Made by a program: the position numbers and the translations under genes. Below, one piece after another: positions 32,120 through 38,762 of a stretch of 38,762 nucleotides of DNA. Source of the DNA: a virus. How positions within the stretch are numbered: the first letter of the stretch is position 1; each line of letters begins with the position of its first letter. The notes under the pieces are model-generated. The model made no database searches, was not told the DNA's origin, and was given only the letters and a program-made list of their open reading frames with translations. The stretch lies in the IMG/VR virus record IMGVR_UViG_3300048905_000063, positions 1-38,762 of that record; one strand, written 5' to 3'.

Positions 32120-34633
32120 ATGTCCGCCAAGTTGTATTACAGCCCGTTTATCCCGGCGTTTAGCGCCAACGGACTCCCCGTGGCCGGGGCGCAGCTCCTG
32201 TTCTATCTCACCGGGACCACAACCAAAACGACCGTTTATTCCGACGTGGGCATGGTGACGCCGCTGGCAAACCCGGTTGTTGCCGACGCGGCAGGTCGGT
32301 TCCCGGCGATCTATCTCAATGACGCGATCACGTATCGCGTTCGCATTCTCGACAAGCTCGGCGCGCAGATCGGGGCCGATCTTGACCCCTATGTGCCGGG
32401 GCAGATCGTCGCCAACCTAGTCGGCGGGATCGGGGCCAATGCGACCACGCGGACGGCGATAACCACCATTGTCCCGCCGCCGGTAGGAACGCCGGTTGTG
32501 CTGACCGAGGCCGGACGCGAGGGTACCTTTGTTTTTTCCAATACCAATATGTCGGCACTGGTTACAGCCGACCCGCTCCAGGCAATCTATATCGCCCCAT
32601 CCTCGGACACGACGGGGGCGAGCGGCGCATGGGTTCGCAAGTTCAACGGCCCGCTCAATATCCAATGGTTCGGCGCGGTTGCCGACGATACCGGGACGAG
32701 CGGCACCGATAACTATGCGGCGATCACGGCTGCACTGGCGCTGATTACAGCCCGCGCCGAGGCGTATGACATCTACCGCCTTGGGGAGACCTTGTATTTC
32801 CCGCCCGGCACGAAGAGGGGCTACTACTGCTCCACCCCGATCAACATCAACGCAACGCTCAAGTTCAAGGGCGATTGGGCCGGGATGCCCAACGAGACGC
32901 CGCACGGCATCCGCTTTCCGCTCAATTCGGCGGGGTTCATCGTCAATACCCACCAGACCAACGGCTACACTGGTGGGGCGGTGACGACCACGACCTACGG
33001 CGGCGGCTGCACGTTCGAGGATATGTGCTGGTATTCGGGGATTGGAAATCAGTTCGGCGGCGGCGCGGGCTTCAACCGCACCGGCAACTATGACGGCATC
33101 CTCGTTCGTGCCCGCGTCAATCTGATCCGCTGCACGATCCTCGGCTTTGCCCGGAACAACGTCTATATCGCCGGGTCGTCGGACACGGGCGGGTCGGGGC
33201 TACTCGGGAACGCCAACTGCACCAACATCGTCGATTGCACGATCCGTTACGCCGGGCGGAATAACGTCTATCTCAAGGGCACCGACGCCAACGCCTGCCA
33301 TATGCAAGGCGGCTATTCGGATTACGCCTTGGGCTGGGGCATTCTCGACGAAAGCGCCATCGGGACCAACAGTTTCGATAATGTCCACACCGAACTGAAC
33401 GGCCTCGGTGACGGCACGACCACCTATCTCGGTGGAACTTGCGCCTATCCGACAACCAGCAGCCAGCGTTACGCTTGCGCTGTCGGGCAGGAAGCCGCCG
33501 CTTCGACTACAGTGCCCGGCACGAACAGCGCCGTATGGATATTGATGCAGGGGTCAGTCGGCGGCCCGCTGTGGGTTTCGGGAATGACTTGGTTTGCGGG
33601 CGGGTCGCTTGCGCTCCGCCCCGTTGCCGGGGTCTCCCGCGCGTCGAACTTCTACATCGAAAGCGGCCAGGCCCCGGTCCAGAACAACAACCACGGCCAC
33701 ATGGAAGATGGCATGGCGACCGGCTGGAACCCCGGCAACACCGGGACCGGCGAGACGACCATCGCCCCCAGCGGGGGGCCTTCCGTCCGTGTCGCCTACA
33801 ACCCGACGCAGGTAGCGCACACCGGAAAAGACGGCTGGGTTATTGAGCACAACATCGGCGACGGTTCGGCTGGCGGCGACAGTCGAATCCGCAGCTATCG
33901 CAACAGCAACATGACCGCTGGTCACTACGTCTATGAGCGGGTCGAAGCCGCCGACATTATCGGGACCGACTGGAACACGCAGCGCATATGGTGGACGACG
34001 GGCGCCAACCCCGCGAACCTGACGGTAAGCCGGGCCGGTCGATCGACCGTCGTTCCCTACATGACGATGCCCTACCGGCTTAAAATCCAGGCATTCGACG
34101 ACGCCAACGAAGGCCGCTTGATCCACACCGGCTCGGCGGCTCCACTGGTCGGTGCAGGGGAGCGGGCACAAGGCGAGGTAGTCCTGAACCTCGCCCCGGC
34201 AGTCGGCGGTATTTCCAACTGGTATTGCTACACCGGGGGCACACCGGGCTCGTGGGGCGCGGATTACATCAACGCGCGGGCGGAACCTACGGTTGGGGTT
34301 GGATATGTGACCGGGGCCGGGGGCGCCGTCACACAGGCGACCTCGAAAGCAACCGGCGTCACCCTCAACAAGGTCAGCGGTCAGATCACCATGAACGCCG
34401 CCTCGCTAGCTGCGGCTACCAGCGTATCGTTCACACTGACCAACAGCGCCATCGCTGCCACCGATACGATCATCGTCAACGTCGGGTCGGGCGCAACGGC
34501 GGCGAGCTACACGGTTGATGTCGATGCGGTGGCGGCGGGTTCCTGCCGAATCCATATCCGCAACGTCTCGGCGGGGGCACTGGCGGAAGCGCTGGTGTTG
34601 AACTTCGCCGTCCTGAGGGCGGTGAACAGCTAA
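32120..34633 (+). CDS. Tailspike / depolymerase with right-handed beta-helix (pectate-lyase-like)
   Basis: NIQWFGAVADDTGTSGTDNYAAITAAL is typical of the beta-helix entry. Conserved fibre N-terminus SAKLYYSPFIP...YSDVGM. 837 aa. Confidence 0.75.
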   Translation: MSAKLYYSPFIPAFSANGLPVAGAQLLFYLTGTTTKTTVYSDVGMVTPLANPVVADAAGRFPAIYLNDAITYRVRILDKLGAQIGADLDPYVPGQIVANLVGGIGANATTRTAITTIVPPPVGTPVVLTEAGREGTFVFSNTNMSALVTADPLQAIYIAPSSDTTGASGAWVRKFNGPLNIQWFGAVADDTGTSGTDNYAAITAALALITARAEAYDIYRLGETLYFPPGTKRGYYCSTPININATLKFKGDWAGMPNETPHGIRFPLNSAGFIVNTHQTNGYTGGAVTTTTYGGGCTFEDMCWYSGIGNQFGGGAGFNRTGNYDGILVRARVNLIRCTILGFARNNVYIAGSSDTGGSGLLGNANCTNIVDCTIRYAGRNNVYLKGTDANACHMQGGYSDYALGWGILDESAIGTNSFDNVHTELNGLGDGTTTYLGGTCAYPTTSSQRYACAVGQEAAASTTVPGTNSAVWILMQGSVGGPLWVSGMTWFAGGSLALRPVAGVSRASNFYIESGQAPVQNNNHGHMEDGMATGWNPGNTGTGETTIAPSGGPSVRVAYNPTQVAHTGKDGWVIEHNIGDGSAGGDSRIRSYRNSNMTAGHYVYERVEAADIIGTDWNTQRIWWTTGANPANLTVSRAGRSTVVPYMTMPYRLKIQAFDDANEGRLIHTGSAAPLVGAGERAQGEVVLNLAPAVGGISNWYCYTGGTPGSWGADYINARAEPTVGVGYVTGAGGAVTQATSKATGVTLNKVSGQITMNAASLAAATSVSFTLTNSAIAATDTIIVNVGSGATAASYTVDVDAVAAGSCRIHIRNVSAGALAEALVLNFAVLRAVNS

Positions 34634-34989
34634 TGTCGCCCGCCCGCGCCCCAGTCGGAGACACGAGTTTGAACAGCTTGCACGAGAAGATCGGCGAGAT
34701 CACCGGCACCTTGCGCGAGTTGAATCATGCCACGGCCAACAACAGCAGTAAGATAGACGCGCTCGCTCTTGCGATTGCCACGCAAGCTGAACTCGTCCGT
34801 CGAGTGGAGGTGCTCGATAAGGGGCAGGCCGAACACCATTTGAGGCTGGCGGTGCTTGAGGCCGACAAGCACCGTCGCGAAGGCGCAATCGGCCTTGTTG
34901 CGTGGATCTCCAGAAATTGGCCGGTGACCTTCCTGATTACGATGGTGTTGGCCGTCGTGGCATGGGCGAACGGGAGGCTGCACGTATGA
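34633..34989 (+). CDS. Coiled-coil protein with C-terminal TM anchor (holin/antiholin candidate)
   Basis: TM segment WPVTFLITMVLAVVAWANG. Its stop overlaps the endolysin ATG (ATGA). Confidence 0.45.
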   Translation: MSPARAPVGDTSLNSLHEKIGEITGTLRELNHATANNSSKIDALALAIATQAELVRRVEVLDKGQAEHHLRLAVLEADKHRREGAIGLVAWISRNWPVTFLITMVLAVVAWANGRLHV

Positions 34990-35507
34990 CCGCCTTCGAC
35001 ATTTGCTTCGACAGCATCCTCGCGTCCGAAGGGGGCTTCGTCAACGACCCACGCGATACCGGTGGCGCTACCAATCTCGGCGTGACTAAGCGGGCCTGGG
35101 AGCAATGGGTTGGGCACCCCGTCACGATTGCCGACATCAAGTCACTAACGCCCGCCAAGGCCGCGCCGTTCTATCGCAGCCAGTATTGGAACGCTGCTCA
35201 TTGTGACAGCTTTCCGGCAAGCCTCGCCTTGTGTCTGTTCCACTGCGCCGTCAATTCAGGACCGAAACGGGCGGCGACCATCCTGCAAGGCATCGTCGGC
35301 GCACTACCTGACGGCTCTATCGGCCCCGCCACCCTGCAACTGGCGCGGGGGGCGATAGCGGTTCGCGGTGAGCGGGCGATGGTGACGGCCTTCCAGGATG
35401 CCTACCGCGCCTATTATCGGACCCTCTCCAACTTCGACCACTTCGGCAAGGGATGGCTGAACCGCGCACGCGATGTCGAGCAGCAGGCATTGGCGCTGGC
35501 GGTATGA
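34986..35507 (+). CDS. Endolysin, GH108 muramidase with PG-binding domain
   Basis: ILASEGGFVNDPRDTGGATNLGVT is the GH108 signature. The internal ATG at 34986 is used. Confidence 0.85.
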   Translation: MTAFDICFDSILASEGGFVNDPRDTGGATNLGVTKRAWEQWVGHPVTIADIKSLTPAKAAPFYRSQYWNAAHCDSFPASLALCLFHCAVNSGPKRAATILQGIVGALPDGSIGPATLQLARGAIAVRGERAMVTAFQDAYRAYYRTLSNFDHFGKGWLNRARDVEQQALALAV

Positions 35508-35872
35508 AGCTCCCAGCATGGCCTCCTCGCGACATTAGAGCAATTATCGCCCTAGTCGCATCAGTCGGCGGGTCGGGCGTCCTGACCGCCTTTGCTTGTT
35601 GGCTGGTCTATATTCTCTGGCGTGGGGGTTGGTCGGAAACGACGGCTTTGGCGCGCATCGACAAGATCGGCCTCGCGCTCATCATCGTGCTGGTCATCAT
35701 GGGCGTCACCATGACCTCGCTTGGGCTGGCGATCAACCGCCGCTCGGTGAAGGCGTCGGCGTTTGGCACCTCGTTTGAGGCGACAGGTGGCGATGATGCA
35801 CCCGCTGCGGCCCAAGCCGTTGCCGACGCCGCGACCGACAAGGCCGAGGAAATCAAGGGGATTGCGCAGTGA
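35504..35872 (+). CDS. Holin candidate (2-3 TM segments)
   Basis: ATGA overlap with the endolysin gene. TM segments AIIALVASVGGSGVLTAFACWLVYILW and IGLALIIVLVIMGVTMTSLGLAI. Confidence 0.5.
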   Translation: MKLPAWPPRDIRAIIALVASVGGSGVLTAFACWLVYILWRGGWSETTALARIDKIGLALIIVLVIMGVTMTSLGLAINRRSVKASAFGTSFEATGGDDAPAAAQAVADAATDKAEEIKGIAQ

Positions 35873-36135
35873 CCGAACCTGTTCCGATTCGCCAAGGCGT
35901 GACGCCTGAACTGGACCCCGCGCGCGAGCTTCTCGACTTTTGCTCGACGAAGATAATCTCGTTCGTCGACGACTACGGCGTTGCACCGACAGCCATCGCG
36001 CTCGTTCTATTCGGTCGAGATGGGGAGAAGTCCTTTACCGACGCCTATAGCTGGGACAGCACAGAAACGCGAACCCGGCTTGAGACGTGCGGCACGGCAT
36101 CCGCCATCCTCCTCAAGAGGGCCATCGACCAATGA
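35869..36135 (+). CDS. Hypothetical soluble protein inside the lysis cassette (88 aa)
   Basis: GTGA overlap upstream and ATGA overlap downstream. Confidence 0.5.
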   Translation: MTEPVPIRQGVTPELDPARELLDFCSTKIISFVDDYGVAPTAIALVLFGRDGEKSFTDAYSWDSTETRTRLETCGTASAILLKRAIDQ

Positions 36136-36542
36136 CCTCTATCATCGCCTTCCTGGTCGCCAAGGGCGTCCCCGCGCGCTTCGCCAAGCCGCTACTGGCC
36201 TTCGTTGCGCTCCTAGCGCTGGCGGGCCTTCTGTGGGCAGGAATCGCCATCCATGACCGCAACGTCGTCAAGACGCACGACGCCGGGCAAGTCGCAGCTA
36301 CCGCCGTTGCCGACCGCAAGGCCGATGCGACTGCTGCTGTCGAACGCCGCGCCGACGATACACGAACGACCGACGAAAAAACCCAACTGGAAAAGGTTCA
36401 AGCCAATGCGTCGTCTGACCTTGATCGCCGCCTTGCTCGCCAGCGGTGTATCCGCCTGCAACAAGACGCCCGTCGCCTCGGCAAGCAGTCACCCGCCTGT
36501 GCTGGACCTCCAGTGCCCGGACGAGCCTCCGGCGCTCACTGA
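36132..36542 (+). CDS. i-spanin (Rz-like)
   Basis: N-terminal TM segment LLAFVALLALAGLLWAGIAI followed by a charged helical periplasmic region. Confidence 0.65.
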   Translation: MTSIIAFLVAKGVPARFAKPLLAFVALLALAGLLWAGIAIHDRNVVKTHDAGQVAATAVADRKADATAAVERRADDTRTTDEKTQLEKVQANASSDLDRRLARQRCIRLQQDARRLGKQSPACAGPPVPGRASGAH

Positions 36543-36702
36543 CGCCGCCGTAATGGCCGATACGGATGGAGCGGCAGAGAACGCTTTCAACGACGCCGTG
36601 CTGCTCGCTGGGCGCGGTTGCCGCGATGCCCTTGCCCGCGTCTGCCGCTGGCACCAGGCGCGTGGTGCTGCGGTAGTCTGCCCGCCCGCGATTCGCCCGT
36701 GA
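36406..36702 (+). CDS. o-spanin (Rz1-like lipoprotein), overlapping the i-spanin gene out of frame
   Basis: MRRLTLIAALLASGVSAC has a lipobox. Pro/Cys-rich mature part. GGAAAAGG upstream. 137-nt overlap with the i-spanin gene. Confidence 0.65.
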   Translation: MRRLTLIAALLASGVSACNKTPVASASSHPPVLDLQCPDEPPALTDAAVMADTDGAAENAFNDAVLLAGRGCRDALARVCRWHQARGAAVVCPPAIRP

Positions 36703-36975
36703 AGTTCATCCTCATCGCGCTCGCCCTGCTCTTCCTTGCCGGGGTCCCGAACGCGTGTTGAGTGCCATGATCCGCGCCACGCTATGGTCTATATGGGTTG
36801 CCCTGATCCTGTTCGGGGGTGCGGTGCTTTATTCGCTGACGGTGGTGCCGGAATTGGGATAGATAGACCTCGGCGGGTGAGCGGTGGCAATCGTTGCATT
36901 CCGGCTCCCCCGCGCAGGCGAACATCACGCCGCCACACGCCGCGCACGGCACGGAAAGCGGGCCTAGCTCAAGCC

Positions 36976-37491
36976 TCACTGGCGCTCCTTGCTACGGGTG
37001 AGATAATCCTGGCTCGCGATATGCGCTGCGTGGTAATCGGCGCCAGCAAGCTCGGTCACATGGTCGATACCGCGAGCGGCACAAAAGCCCGAAAGGAAGG
37101 CTTCCTCGGCCACCTCATCCAGCGATACCGGGGGTGGGGTGCGGGCTTCGGACAACTCGGCGGCAAGGCACTGGAACGCCTGTACGGCCTCATCCTCCAT
37201 GTAATCCCGATAGCCGCCGAGCAGCATCAAGATGCGATCGCCCGCCCTCAACGCCTCGAGCGGGGGTGGGGTGCTGCCTCGCAAGTCAGACAGCGCCGCC
37301 TCGCCGTTGCGTATGGCTTTTTCTACCGGGCCACCATAGCGGATAACCTCCTTGACAGCAGCCAAGACTTTCGCGCCACCATCAAACGCATCGAAGGGGT
37401 GGGACACGTTCAACGCGTCCCCGGTGGGGTCAGGGGTGGTCGGCGGGTCATTGTATTCGGGTCCAGTGGTATAGCCGTCCCAACCTTCCAT
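36976..37491 (-). CDS. Hypothetical protein (171 aa), accessory arm
   Basis: The ATG at 37491 is preceded by AAGGAG. Confidence 0.6.
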   Translation of the reverse strand: MEGWDGYTTGPEYNDPPTTPDPTGDALNVSHPFDAFDGGAKVLAAVKEVIRYGGPVEKAIRNGEAALSDLRGSTPPPLEALRAGDRILMLLGGYRDYMEDEAVQAFQCLAAELSEARTPPPVSLDEVAEEAFLSGFCAARGIDHVTELAGADYHAAHIASQDYLTRSKERQ

Positions 37492-37513
37492 CACTTCTCT
37501 CCTTGTTCGGGGG

Positions 37514-37690
37514 TCATTGCGGTTTCATCCTTTCCATCGGCTTGATTGCCTTGGCTTCCTCATCGGACAGGAACCGATCCGCCGCCCGGTCAAATACCTT
37601 CCACGCGGTTCCGCCAGTGGACCTCGGTGTGTAGCGGGCAAGAGGGTCTTGATTATCCCACACGGCCCGTAGGACGGAGCGCAGTGTCAC
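37514..37690 (-). CDS. Small hypothetical protein (58 aa)
   Basis: The GTG at 37690 has GGAGG 6 nt upstream and overlaps the upstream stop (GTGA). The longer 85-aa ORF is Arg/Pro-rich upstream of it. Confidence 0.45.
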   Translation of the reverse strand: MTLRSVLRAVWDNQDPLARYTPRSTGGTAWKVFDRAADRFLSDEEAKAIKPMERMKPQ

Positions 37691-37908
37691 GACTTCCCTC
37701 CTTGTTCGGGGGTGGCGAGGGCTTGGCGGCATTTCGGGCAAGTGTCCCAATCGGGATCGCCATGCTCGCACGGAGCCTCGGCGCGCGACCAGCTTTCGCG
37801 TTGTGCGGCCCGCTCCTCGCGTTCTAGTGCGGCCCGCTCACCGGGCGGCATGGCCGCTCGTTGCCGATTGATCTCGTCGAGCATGGCTTGAATGTCCCAA
37901 GCTGCCAT
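37687..37908 (-). CDS. Small Cys-containing protein (73 aa)
   Basis: CEHGDPDWDTCPKC. TGATG junction with the upstream gene. Confidence 0.55.
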   Translation of the reverse strand: MAAWDIQAMLDEINRQRAAMPPGERAALEREERAAQRESWSRAEAPCEHGDPDWDTCPKCRQALATPEQGGKS

Positions 37909-38450
37909 CACCCCTCCCCCTTACTGCTGTCATCCGGCTCATAAACATAGCCACAATGCTCGGTGCTGGGGTTAGAGGTGAGGGCTGCGAGGGTGCTTTC
38001 CATGCGCGCCAAGGCGGGGATAACGTGGCCATAATAGTTAGACGCGACGACGCCATCTTCCATGTCGGTTTCCAGTTCGCGGACGCGCTCGCACAAGAAG
38101 CGCGCGTCATCGACAACAGCATCCGTGGATTGACTGTCTGTACGGGTTGCGAGGGTAGCTTCGACGATATGGTAGACCTCGATCATGCCGTTGTTGAGCG
38201 CAGCCACTTGGTCGCTGTCGAAATTGCTCATGTTGAGTTCTGGCGTGTCAGCAAGCACGGCCCGGATTTGCCGTAGCGGCTCGGTAGTGTCTGTACGGGT
38301 TGCGAAGTCAGGGTCTAGGGCCTTCATTGCGAGGTAGATGGCTTCAATGTCCGCATAGCGGCCCCACTGGATACCGCGCTCGGCGGCAGCGCGGCCTCCC
38401 GCGACGAGCATTTCATCGGTGGCTTCAGCACTAACCTCTTGATCATCCAT
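37908..38450 (-). CDS. Strongly acidic protein with internal duplication (180 aa)
   Basis: The internal ATG at 38450 is preceded by GGAGAGG. The ATRTD-containing segment occurs twice. Confidence 0.6.
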   Translation of the reverse strand: MDDQEVSAEATDEMLVAGGRAAAERGIQWGRYADIEAIYLAMKALDPDFATRTDTTEPLRQIRAVLADTPELNMSNFDSDQVAALNNGMIEVYHIVEATLATRTDSQSTDAVVDDARFLCERVRELETDMEDGVVASNYYGHVIPALARMESTLAALTSNPSTEHCGYVYEPDDSSKGEG

Positions 38451-38452
38451 AT

Positions 38453-38695
38453 CTAGTCCTCTCCTGTAGGGATGGGCGGAAGGGGTTCGCGCCATTCGGT
38501 CGGGCAGCACAGGTTCCCCGCAAAGACCGGGAAGAACTTGTCGGGCGTGTAGACGGTGGTGCAGAACGTGTTGTCGGGATGCACCGCGCCGTTCCAGACG
38601 TAGCCGCGTGTGGCGAGGCAGGGCTTTTCCATCTGCTTGTTTCGGACCTCAATCACCCTCTGAAACGGCGCCGTCTCAATTGGTTGCCAAGCCAT
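38453..38695 (-). CDS. DUF551-like small protein (80 aa)
   Basis: MAWQPIETAP N-terminal motif. GAGGAG 8 nt upstream. Its 5' end lies in the terminal repeat, so it also appears truncated at 1..60. Confidence 0.6.
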   Translation of the reverse strand: MAWQPIETAPFQRVIEVRNKQMEKPCLATRGYVWNGAVHPDNTFCTTVYTPDKFFPVFAGNLCCPTEWREPLPPIPTGED

Positions 38696-38762
38696 TCTCA
38701 ATACTCCTCGGGCTGGGATGGGAGACGGGCGGTCACTGGTACACCGTCGGATAGATCGACTT
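38636..38762. repeat. Direct terminal repeat, copy 2 (identical to 1..127)
   Basis: Exact 127-nt match to the window start. It spans the 5' end of CDS 38453..38695 and the 3' end of CDS 98..328. Confidence 0.95.

Larger units (their letters stand above)
1..38635. mobile_element. Complete temperate phage genome unit (circular map)
   Basis: Integrase+attP, immunity switch, early operons, packaging/head/tail/ejection/lysis modules are all present. Window ends overlap exactly by 127 nt. Confidence 0.85.

Noticed and set aside
36782-36979. 65-aa minus-strand ORF (GTGA-coupled to 36976..37491) with CAACGG...CAGEPECNDC
   Set aside because: It might be a small zinc-ribbon protein. However, it overlaps the plus-strand micro-ORF region at the convergence point, and its C-terminal half is low-complexity. 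The evidence is too weak to list as a feature.
1-38762. Searched by eye for IS elements/transposases, toxin-antitoxin pairs, reverse transcriptase/retron, CRISPR-Cas, rRNA and recognisable replication enzymes
   Set aside because: I found no DDE or serine transposase motifs, no RT YxDD motif, no repeat-spacer arrays, and no DnaB, primase or polymerase signatures. Absence by eye is not proof, and profile searches are needed.

Overview
The window is a complete, circularly closed genome of a temperate, GC-rich, P22-like short-tailed phage or prophage. The unit length is 38,635 bp, because nt 1-127 are repeated exactly at 38636-38762. The host is probably alphaproteobacterial (inference from protein flavour and the tRNA-Val-like attP). 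Map: (i) Minus-strand early-left arm 6511->892: small ORFs, a putative annealase, a Ref/DUF968-like HNH protein, NinB, a DEDDh exonuclease, and a tyrosine integrase next to an attP that carries the 3' half of tRNA-Val(UAC). (ii) Immunity switch at 6512-7486: an S24/LexA-type repressor, a divergent Cro-like gene, a perfect 19-bp palindromic operator and related sites at a PL-like promoter. (iii) Plus-strand early-right operon 7265-12805: a T5orf172+5xHTH protein, an orphan DNA methyltransferase, a VRR-NUC nuclease and a possible origin-bearing gene. (iv) Late operon 13068-36702: TerS, TerL, portal, an ART-like head-module protein, scaffold, N4-gp56-type capsid, a repeat-rich fibre, gp4/gp10/gp26-like tail parts, a sulfotransferase-like/GNAT fusion, ejection proteins including an M15 peptidase, a beta-helix tailspike, and a lysis cassette with overlapped spanins. 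(v) A minus-strand accessory arm of small unknown genes that crosses the circular junction between the lysis cassette and attP. Genes are densely coupled by ATGA/GTGA overlaps, which also reveal several ORFs below the 60-aa track cutoff. I saw no rRNA, complete tRNA, CRISPR array or IS element. All function calls come from motifs read by eye; no database search was run.
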